In this document: positions 50,622 to 58,193 of the stretch, in pieces
Layout of the letters: every line of letters begins with the position of its first letter
Position numbering within the stretch: position 1 is the stretch's first letter
Origin: Gammaproteobacteria bacterium
GTDB lineage: Bacteria; Pseudomonadota; Gammaproteobacteria; Steroidobacterales; JBCCMA01
DNA: 64,000 nt
Assembly: GCA_045107005.1 (NCBI GenBank)
Contig: JBGCFP010000018.1
Coordinates: 48-64,047, forward strand
Direction of reading: 5' to 3'
Notes under the pieces: generated by a model
What the model saw: the letters and a program-made list of their open reading frames with translations, nothing else
The model's database searches: none
Told to the model about the DNA's origin: nothing
Translations under genes and position numbers: made by a program

Positions 50622-50647
50622 AAGGCGCCCTCGCGGCGCCTTTTTTT
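50622..50647 (+). terminator. rho-independent terminator 210 nt downstream of hutG (orphan)
   Basis: aaggcgcc (50622-50629) / ggcgcctt (50635-50642), 5-nt loop, run of 7 T to 50647. No T-run follows on the opposite strand. Confidence 0.65.
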
Positions 50648-50739
50648 GTTGCACTGCGTGAGGGGATTTCGGCGCCGTTGGCGCTTACAGACCGACTGAC
50701 CACAACGTGGCCGATTTTAGAACCCGCTCAGGAGCGACC

Positions 50740-50997
50740 GTGATTCACTTTTTACGCGACAAAAACAACGTATCCGCAGCCAGTCGCTGGCGTCGCCAGC
50801 CGATCTACGCGGCCACTCGTCTACGCTGTGCCGTGGCCATGTTCGTACTGGCCATCGCCGTGGTTCTGTCGGCACTGCCATCGTTTGCGCGGCAAGCCGG
50901 CTGCACCGCGCCTGAGAGCCTCGAATCCGGTAGCCGTGTCGAGGCACCGTTGTTCGCGCGCAGTTTGTGCAAGGAAATCGCACACGCCAGCTCCTGA
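50740..50997 (+). CDS. small membrane-anchored hypothetical protein
   Basis: In-frame GTG 50740 lies 6 nt after AGGAGC within ORF 50707..50997. One TM helix (AVAMFVLAIAVVLSAL). No homology recognised. Confidence 0.3.
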   Translation: MIHFLRDKNNVSAASRWRRQPIYAATRLRCAVAMFVLAIAVVLSALPSFARQAGCTAPESLESGSRVEAPLFARSLCKEIAHASS

Positions 50998-51052
50998 CAC
51001 TCTTCGGCTAACCACTTCTCGCCATTTGCCGCCGGATAGTTAAACTAGGGGC

Positions 51053-51526
51053 ATGGCAACAACACAACCGCGCGTAATCACGCCCGGACCGGAACACCGG
51101 ACCGGCCTGCTTGAGCTTCTGCCCAGACTCGCCGCCTTCGATCTCCCGGAACGACGCAGTCCCAAGGACCTGTGGCAAGGCGATGCGGAGCTTTTGGAGA
51201 ACTGGTACGCGGGCAAGGAACCGCTGCTGCACGTGCGCTGTGTGGTGGACAGCGACAACCAAATCGCCGGCCTCGCGCTCTTTTCGTTACGCGACGAATT
51301 AATGAGTGGCGCGCCGAGCGCCCATCTGGAAGCCCTCGCGGTCAGCGCTGAGCACGAAGGGCAAGGCGTGGCCAGTGCTCTTCTCAATGCGTGTCACGAC
51401 CGGGCGCGCGAGCTTGGCGCGTTGTCCATGTCGCTGCACGTATTCAACACCAACAAACGGGCGCAGGCACTGTACGCGCACAAAGGCTACGAACCAGAAC
51501 TGCAGCGCTGCATCAAGTGGCTATAG
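51053..51526 (+). CDS. GNAT family N-acetyltransferase
   Basis: 157 aa. LAVSAEHEGQGVASALL acetyl-CoA motif. Confidence 0.7.
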   Translation: MATTQPRVITPGPEHRTGLLELLPRLAAFDLPERRSPKDLWQGDAELLENWYAGKEPLLHVRCVVDSDNQIAGLALFSLRDELMSGAPSAHLEALAVSAEHEGQGVASALLNACHDRARELGALSMSLHVFNTNKRAQALYAHKGYEPELQRCIKWL

Positions 51527-51536
51527 GATTCAAACA

Positions 51537-51875
51537 TTGAACACCATCGACTGGGACGATTTTGCCAAAGTGCAGCTGTGCGCCGGCACGATCATCGAAG
51601 CGGAAGTTTTCGCACAAGCCCGACGGCCCGCGATAAAAATGCGCATCGATTTTGGTGACGATATCGGCGTGCGCAAGTCGTCGGCGCAGATCACCGATCA
51701 CTATGCACCTGAGACGCTGGTGGGCCGCCAAATCATCGCGGTGGTCAATTTTCCACCCAAGCAAATCGGACCGATGATGTCCGAGTGTCTCGTCACCGGA
51801 TTAGTGGAGGAGAACGGCGCCGTGGTTCTGGCCGTCCCTGACCAACCCGTTGCCAACGGAGTGCGTCTGGGATGA
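51537..51875 (+). CDS. csaA: tRNA-binding domain protein (CsaA/YgjH-like)
   Basis: IDWDDFAKVQLCAGTIIEAE...KMRIDFGD...QIIAVVNFPPKQIGPMMSE. Probable TTG start at 51537. The longer ORF 51306 overlaps the GNAT gene. Confidence 0.7.
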   Translation: MNTIDWDDFAKVQLCAGTIIEAEVFAQARRPAIKMRIDFGDDIGVRKSSAQITDHYAPETLVGRQIIAVVNFPPKQIGPMMSECLVTGLVEENGAVVLAVPDQPVANGVRLG

Positions 51876-52489
51876 ATCGACGGATACTCGCACTGGCGGT
51901 ACTGGCACTGGCCTACGTGGCACTGATTCCCGGTATCGCGTTGCCGGTCATCGACATGTCTGGCGCGCTCGAAAAAAAGGAAGTGGCGGAACTAGGCAAG
52001 AAGCTCATCAACGAAGAGGGCAGCGGCCTCGCCATGTTTGGCGGCATCGCCAATAAATTGATCGACGGGCTGAACACCGAGGGCCAGATCGAAGTCTATC
52101 GCCAGAAGCGCAGCATCCTGAACACGGTGACCGAGCTGGGTCGCAACGGTCATTTGCTGGTCGCGTTTCTGGTGGCGCTGTTCAGCATTGTTGTGCCGGT
52201 CGCGAAAGGGGGCTTGCTGGTTTACGCCAACGTCGGTCCGTTCGATGCACAGCGACAGCAGGCTTCGCGTTTTGCCAATGCGATCAGCAAGTGGTCAATG
52301 GCCGACGTCTTTGTGATCGCCATCTTCATCGCATTCCTGGCCATTCGTGCGACACAGAATTCAGGCGAGATCGTGCGCTTCGACGCAACCTTTGGCGCCG
52401 GGTTTTACTTCTTTCTCGCCTACTGCCTATTGTCCATTGCCGCGTCGCAGTTGTTGCCGGAGCGGCAGGCCCGAGCGCACGCTGAGTGA
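51872..52489 (+). CDS. PqiA-like (paraquat-inducible protein A family) membrane protein, single module
   Basis: 205 aa. SKWSMADVFVIAIFIAFLAI segment with 4 TM helices. Overlaps its neighbours by 4 nt on both sides. Confidence 0.55.
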   Translation: MNRRILALAVLALAYVALIPGIALPVIDMSGALEKKEVAELGKKLINEEGSGLAMFGGIANKLIDGLNTEGQIEVYRQKRSILNTVTELGRNGHLLVAFLVALFSIVVPVAKGGLLVYANVGPFDAQRQQASRFANAISKWSMADVFVIAIFIAFLAIRATQNSGEIVRFDATFGAGFYFFLAYCLLSIAASQLLPERQARAHAE

Positions 52490-53298
52490 ACAAAATTGAG
52501 AGCGGTGATGTCGCCTACCTCGGCATTTCCAGCGACAGTAATTCCTCTTTCATGCGTGGCGCAGCGCAAGGCCCGGCAAAAGTTCGCGAGGTGCTGCACA
52601 ACGGGGCGTCAGGACTGACCGATGAGCAAGCACGCCCGGCCGTTAACGATCCGAGGTTCAAGGATCAGGGTGATCACATCATCGGTGACAGCGCCGAAGA
52701 TTATCTGGCGATCGAATATCTCTACACGCCCTTGCTCGAGCAGGGCGCACGCCCGCTCACCGTAGGCGGCGACCACGCCATCACCTACCCGATTCTTCGC
52801 GCGTTCGCCAAACACCACGGACCGTTGAATGTTCTGCATTTTGATGCGCACGCCGATCTGTATGACACGTTTGAGGGCAACCGGCTGTCGCACGCGTGTC
52901 CGTTCGCCCGAATCATGGAAGAGGGCCTGGCGAAGCGATTGGTGCAAGTGGGCATCCGTAGCGTCAATGACCATCTTATGCAGCAGATTGAGCGCTTCGA
53001 CGTCGAACTGCACGCCATGCACGATTTCGACGCCTCGCGCGTGCCGGTGCTGTTCGACGGGCCAACCTACATCAGTTTCGATCTGGACGGCCTGGATCCG
53101 GCGTACGCGCCCGGCGTCTCGCACCACGAACCGGGTGGCCTGACAACGCGTGAATGCCTCAGTATCATTCAGAATCTGCGCGCCGAGTGCGTGGGCGCCG
53201 ATGTGGTTGAACTTAATCCGCGACGCGACGTAAATGACATGACGGCGATGGTGGCGGCCAAGCTGGTTCGCGAGCTGTGCAGCAAACTGTACCGCTGA
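52486..53298 (+). CDS. arginase-family hydrolase (agmatinase-like)
   Basis: GGDHAITYP, HFDAHADL, SFDLDGLDP and EPGGL Mn-binding motifs. GTG start. Confidence 0.75.
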   Translation: MNKIESGDVAYLGISSDSNSSFMRGAAQGPAKVREVLHNGASGLTDEQARPAVNDPRFKDQGDHIIGDSAEDYLAIEYLYTPLLEQGARPLTVGGDHAITYPILRAFAKHHGPLNVLHFDAHADLYDTFEGNRLSHACPFARIMEEGLAKRLVQVGIRSVNDHLMQQIERFDVELHAMHDFDASRVPVLFDGPTYISFDLDGLDPAYAPGVSHHEPGGLTTRECLSIIQNLRAECVGADVVELNPRRDVNDMTAMVAAKLVRELCSKLYR

Positions 53299-53451
53299 GG
53301 CCACGTATTTCGCTCGTTTTGATTCATATGAGCGCAACACGACCGATGACAGCGCTCGACATTTTCAATTTAGACTGAATGTCATAATCTTTAAGAAAGT
53401 CACGGATCTATAACATTATGGTAGATATACGGAAATTCTCGTATTTTTCCG

Positions 53452-53480
53452 TTGACGCCCTCCTCCGAGCACTCTATTTT
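53452..53480 (+). promoter_or_regulatory. predicted sigma70 promoter of the subtilase-cohesin operon
   Basis: TTGACG (53452-53457), 17-nt spacer, TATTTT (53475-53480), inside a 330-nt AT-rich intergenic region. Implies a leader of about 145 nt. Confidence 0.4.
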
Positions 53481-53631
53481 TATTGAAAACGGCAATCCGT
53501 TCTCAAGCGGAGAGCCGAATAAAAGATAACCCGGAACCCACCGGGGTTTTCAAACGATGATGATTCACAAGTTGCCCGTGACGGCAGCCGTGGCGTCTAC
53601 GACTCAAAAATAAGGTACGGGGGTACAACGA

Positions 53632-56600
53632 ATGCAACGACATAGGGATGTTCCCAAGCGCAGTCTGCTGACTAAGACCGCGACAACCATGGTGAGCGGA
53701 CTGCTCATCGCTGCAGCGGGTTCTGCCGCAGCAGAAGGCGCGGCACTGACGCCGTCGCTCGATAACGCACTTCCGGGTGTGCTGACGAGCGAACAGGGCT
53801 TTGGCAAGGAAGGCAACACGGCCACCTACCTGGTTCTGCTCAACGACGCACCGGTTTCCATGTACGAGGGCGGCACCCGCTCGATGGCGGCAACCAGCCT
53901 CGCCATCACCGGTGGTGACAAGCTCGATACACGTTCCGACGCTTCGCAAACTTATGCACGCCATCTGCGCGGCGAACAGGACCGCGTCCTGGGTCAGCTG
54001 CGTGCCGGCGAGCCGGTCCATCGCTATGTCTTTGGCATGAACGGTTTTGCCCTGCGCATGTCCGCTGCGGACGCCGCAGCGGCGGCCAAAATGCCGGGCG
54101 TTAAATCCGTCCAGCGTGACATGGCCTATGAACTCACCTCAGATCGCGGCCCGCTGCTCATCGGCGCACCGTCAATCTGGGAAGGCACCGCCACGGGCGT
54201 GTCGGCTGAAGGTGAAGGCATGGTCGTCGGCATCATGGACAGCGGCATCAACCAGGGCCACCCCTCGTTTGCCGAAGTCGGTGGTGACGGTTACGGCGCG
54301 AACGGCGAATACGCGGACACCAACCCGTTTGGTGCCGGTAACTTTGCTGGTGGCGATCGTGACGACTGCGTGAACGCCAACTTCCCCGGCCTGTGTAACA
54401 ACAAGCTGATCGGTTCGCACTCGTTCATCGATGCCTGGGACGGTATCGATCAGTACGCGCCACCCGAAGATCCCGTGTCGAAAGACACCGACGGTCACGG
54501 TACGCACGTTGCAAGTACCGCTGCCGGTAACCGCATTCCTGACGCACCACTGACCGATGCCGACGGCAACGATTCAGGCGTGTCGCTGGGCACCGTGTCG
54601 GGTGTAGCACCGCACGCGCACATTATCGCGTACAAGGTTTGCGCTCCTTCTTGTTTTGCCTCTGACATCGCCGCAGCGATCGATCAGGCGATCCTCGACG
54701 GCGCCGACTCGCTGAACCACTCGATTGGCGCTGCCGGTGGCAGCCCGTGGGCGGACTTCAAGTCGCTGGCGTTTAAAGGCGCACGTGCCGCGGGCATCAT
54801 GCTGCAAAACTCGGCCGGTAACTCCGGTCCTGACGCCGGTTCTGCCGGACGCATCAACAGCTCGCCTTGGGCGACCGGTGTTGCAGCCAGCACGCACGAT
54901 CGTTCGTTCCCCGAAAAGGCACTCGAAAGCCTGACCGGTGGCGATACGGCAGCTCCTGCAGATTTGATCGGCCGCTCGGTGACCGCAGAGTTCGCTGGAC
55001 CCATCGTCTACGCCGGTGATTTCCCGGTCGGTGCACCTGGTGATACCAACTTTGATCAGCCGGAACAGTGCCTCGAGGCATTCCCGCCCGGTACGTTTAC
55101 CGCCGATCAGATTGTCGTTTGCGATCGTGGTGCGATTGCCCGTGTGCAAAAAGCACGCAACGTGCGCGACGGCGGTGCCGGTGCCATGGTCCTGGCCAAC
55201 ATCCAGGGCGGTGCAACCAGCACCAACGACGACGTCCACGTGATTCCTGCGATTCACATCAATGCCGATGACGGCGATGCGCTGCGCGCCTGGCTGTCCA
55301 GCGGTGCGGACCACAGCGGTTCCATCACCGCGACCGGTGATGTGGTTGCCGACCCGTCGGTAGCTGACGCACTCGCAGGCTTTAGCTCGCGCGGGCCTTA
55401 CACGGGCTTTGACTTCCTGTCACCGCACGTCGCTGCACCAGGCTCGGCCATCTACGCTGCCGGCGCCGACCTGCAGTTTGAGCATCAAGGTGTCGGTAAC
55501 GACGCGCCGTCGGTCACTGGCGAATGGGGAATCATCTCCGGTACGTCGATGGCCAGTCCGCACGCTACCGGCGCCGCCACGCTGCTCAAGCAGCTGCGTC
55601 CTGAGCTGACCGCTGCCGAAGTGGCATCGATCCTCATGACCACCGGCGTCACCGACATGCGTAAAGAAGACAACGTAACGCCCGCCGACGTGTTCGACTT
55701 CGGTGGCGGTCGCGTTGATCTGGACGCGGCGTCACGCGCTGCACTGTCACTGGACGAAACCATCGCCAACTTCGATGCGGCCGATCCGGCTCTGGGCGGT
55801 GATCCAGCTCGTTTGAACGTTGCTCACCTGGTGTCCAACACCTGCGTGCTCAACTGCGAGTGGACGCGTACGGTCACGAACGTCAGTGCAGACACGGTCG
55901 ATTACACCACCAGCGGCGTTGCCGCTGACGGCATGATCATCAATGTCTCACCCGCTTCGTTCTCGCTGGCACCCGGTGCCACGCAGGCACTGACCATCGC
56001 CGCAGACACCACGCTGGCAGACGCCGGCTGGAACTTCGGTGAAGTGGTTCTGACCCCGGCTGTGTCATCGCGCGGTGCGGCAGCTCTGCCTGAGCAGCAC
56101 ATCCCGGTCGCGGCCTTGTTTACCACGGCTACCAACGAAGGCATTTTCACCAAAGCCGTAAGCGACGGTGAAGCCAGCGACGGCCAGACCATCACCTACG
56201 AACTCAATCTGACCAACGTGGCTCAGACCGAGTCGTACGTGCTGAGTGATCCACTGCCGGCAAACACCCAGTACGTGGAAGGTTCCGCTTCGGTCACCAT
56301 CGACGGCGGCACCGAGATTGCACCGTTCGCTCTGGACGGCGGCACGCTGACCTGGGCAGGTACGCTGGACACTGGCGGCATCAATGTCGTCGGCGATCCG
56401 TTCCCACCAGCGGGTTCACCGTTTGGTTACGTGGACCTGGCAAACTTCGTCGCACCTTTGGGCTGCAGCACGGTTTGTGATGACACGTCGATCACGCTGA
56501 ACGGCCTGCCTTCGTTTACGTTTGCAGGTAGCAGCTACACCGACATCATCATCAGCTCGAACGGCTTCATTATCGCCGGCACCGACGCTGATCAGGCTTT

Positions 56601-57441
56601 CGCCAATGCTAACCAGCAGATGCCCGATCCGGCTGCGCCGAACACGGTTATCGCGCCATTCTGGACCGATCTTGATCTGGACGGCACCAACCCGGATGAC
56701 ACCGGCGCTGGCAACATCTACGCCGGTGCGTTCAACGGCGGTCAGTTCATCGTCATTGAATGGCAGGGCGTCGAAGTCTGGAACGAGCCAGGCGTGACCT
56801 ACACCTTCCAGATTCAGATCGGTACCGATTCGGCACCGGCTGCTTCCCAAGGTGTGTGGATGGTCTACAACGCGTTGCCAACGATTCCGGCAGCACTGAC
56901 GGTTGGCGCAGAAAGCGGCGGCGGTCTGTTTGGCGACAACTACTACTACAACGGTGACGGCACGGCGCCAATCACTGGCGACGAAGGCGACGTTCGCGTC
57001 GACTCGGCTGCTGGCGGTACGGCGGTCTTCACGTTCGACGTAACGGTTGACGGTGCCATCGGCGACAGCGCTCTGAACATTGCCACCGTGAGCAGTGGTG
57101 ATCTCGAAGAGACCGCCATCGCTGTAACCGGCATTGCGTTCATCGACGGTGACGAAGATGGTGTTGAAGACTTTGAAGACAACTGCCTGGCCGCTTCGAA
57201 TGCCAGCCAGTGCGACAGTGACACCGACGGTTTCGGTAACCACTGTGACGCTGACTTCAACGACGACGGTTTCGTTAACTTCGCCGATCTCGGATTGCTG
57301 CGTGTTGGCTTCATGGGTGCAAGCGACGCACCGGAGTACAACGAGCTTGATCTGAACTGCGATGGTGCCGTCAACGCTGGCGACCTCGGCGCATTCAAAA
57401 CCATGTTTGGGTCCGCTCCGGGTCCGAGCGCAAACGAATAA
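53632..57441 (+). CDS. secreted S8 subtilase (I9 propeptide, PA insert, DUF11-like, NIDO-like, C-terminal TSP3/dockerin-like module)
   Basis: Catalytic triad contexts VGIMDSGIN, DGHGTHVASTAAG and GTSMASPHATGAA. PA-type insert (VVCDRGAIARV...GGAGAMVLAN). ITYELNLTNV...LSDPLPANTQYV is DUF11-like. SSNGFIIAG...IAPFWTDLDLD is NIDO-like. The last 99 aa are DGDEDGVEDFEDNC...GNHCDADFNDDGFVNFADLGLL...DLNCDGAVNAGDLGAF. Confidence 0.85.
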   Translation: MQRHRDVPKRSLLTKTATTMVSGLLIAAAGSAAAEGAALTPSLDNALPGVLTSEQGFGKEGNTATYLVLLNDAPVSMYEGGTRSMAATSLAITGGDKLDTRSDASQTYARHLRGEQDRVLGQLRAGEPVHRYVFGMNGFALRMSAADAAAAAKMPGVKSVQRDMAYELTSDRGPLLIGAPSIWEGTATGVSAEGEGMVVGIMDSGINQGHPSFAEVGGDGYGANGEYADTNPFGAGNFAGGDRDDCVNANFPGLCNNKLIGSHSFIDAWDGIDQYAPPEDPVSKDTDGHGTHVASTAAGNRIPDAPLTDADGNDSGVSLGTVSGVAPHAHIIAYKVCAPSCFASDIAAAIDQAILDGADSLNHSIGAAGGSPWADFKSLAFKGARAAGIMLQNSAGNSGPDAGSAGRINSSPWATGVAASTHDRSFPEKALESLTGGDTAAPADLIGRSVTAEFAGPIVYAGDFPVGAPGDTNFDQPEQCLEAFPPGTFTADQIVVCDRGAIARVQKARNVRDGGAGAMVLANIQGGATSTNDDVHVIPAIHINADDGDALRAWLSSGADHSGSITATGDVVADPSVADALAGFSSRGPYTGFDFLSPHVAAPGSAIYAAGADLQFEHQGVGNDAPSVTGEWGIISGTSMASPHATGAATLLKQLRPELTAAEVASILMTTGVTDMRKEDNVTPADVFDFGGGRVDLDAASRAALSLDETIANFDAADPALGGDPARLNVAHLVSNTCVLNCEWTRTVTNVSADTVDYTTSGVAADGMIINVSPASFSLAPGATQALTIAADTTLADAGWNFGEVVLTPAVSSRGAAALPEQHIPVAALFTTATNEGIFTKAVSDGEASDGQTITYELNLTNVAQTESYVLSDPLPANTQYVEGSASVTIDGGTEIAPFALDGGTLTWAGTLDTGGINVVGDPFPPAGSPFGYVDLANFVAPLGCSTVCDDTSITLNGLPSFTFAGSSYTDIIISSNGFIIAGTDADQAFANANQQMPDPAAPNTVIAPFWTDLDLDGTNPDDTGAGNIYAGAFNGGQFIVIEWQGVEVWNEPGVTYTFQIQIGTDSAPAASQGVWMVYNALPTIPAALTVGAESGGGLFGDNYYYNGDGTAPITGDEGDVRVDSAAGGTAVFTFDVTVDGAIGDSALNIATVSSGDLEETAIAVTGIAFIDGDEDGVEDFEDNCLAASNASQCDSDTDGFGNHCDADFNDDGFVNFADLGLLRVGFMGASDAPEYNELDLNCDGAVNAGDLGAFKTMFGSAPGPSANE
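57142..57438 (+). repeat. TSP3 + dockerin-like module, copy C (protein-level repeat, more divergent)
   Basis: 99-aa C-terminal segment of the subtilase, with the same order of motifs as copies A and B. All three end in PGP[GS]A[TN]. Confidence 0.55.
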
Positions 57442-57457
57442 CAGGGGATATTGGTAA

Positions 57458-58066
57458 ATGAAACTCAAGACCTTGAAAGGTACCGTTGCTGCGCTGGCCG
57501 TCGGCCTTCTCAGTCACGGTGCGTTCGCGAACGTCATTTCGCTGACTCCTCTGACGCAAACTCAAACCCTCGATGAGGGCACGAAGTTTATCGTTGAACT
57601 ACGTATGGATTTCCTGCAGGAAACCGTGGGCGGATCGTTTGATCTGTTTTACAACACGGAAGTGCTGGACTTCATGCAGTTCACCTACGATGCCGACTTT
57701 CTGGCCAACGTCGTTGACCCAGCGTTCCTGTTGACGCCGGACAACTGCGAAGTGGACGGTTCGGTAAACGGCGGTTGCGAAGTCGGCGATGCGGAAGTCA
57801 ATGCGATTGGCTTTGGCAACTTCGACGGCATCATCGGTAGCTACGTCATTGGACAGTTCATCTTCGGCACGCGCGAAGAAGGCCTGGCCACGTTTGAACT
57901 GGCAAGCTCGGATTCACCGTTTGGCGGCTTCATCTCGGCGGCTAACGCTGGCGAGATGGACGTGGTCTTCAACGGCGCTGCTGTGCTAGTGGTTCCGATC
58001 CCGGGTGCGGTCTGGCTGATGCTGGGCGGACTGGGTGTTCTGGGACGTTTTCGCCGCAAAGCCTAA
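57458..58066 (+). CDS. cohesin-like domain protein with PEP-CTERM-class (VPxP...RRK) anchor
   Basis: Starts 16 nt after the subtilase stop. Signal peptide ...SHGAFA. VISLTPLTQTQTLDEGTKFIVELRMDF...GGSFDLFYNTEVLDFMQF resembles the cohesin signature. Tail is VPIPGAVWLMLGGLGVLGRFRRKA. Confidence 0.55.
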   Translation: MKLKTLKGTVAALAVGLLSHGAFANVISLTPLTQTQTLDEGTKFIVELRMDFLQETVGGSFDLFYNTEVLDFMQFTYDADFLANVVDPAFLLTPDNCEVDGSVNGGCEVGDAEVNAIGFGNFDGIIGSYVIGQFIFGTREEGLATFELASSDSPFGGFISAANAGEMDVVFNGAAVLVVPIPGAVWLMLGGLGVLGRFRRKA

Positions 58067-58117
58067 GCGCTTGAACCTCGCAGGCGGCTGAAACGCCGTC
58101 TGCGACACGTTAATGAG

Positions 58118-58152
58118 AAACCCCGTCAGCAATGGCGGGGTTTTTCTTTTTC
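58118..58152 (+). terminator. rho-independent terminator after the cohesin-like gene
   Basis: aaaccccg (58118-58125) / cggggttt (58136-58143), followed by TTTTTCTTTTT. Confidence 0.75.
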
Positions 58153-58193
58153 CGGGATTGGAAAAATGCCGGGCGCTAGGCGACACTGCCTTG

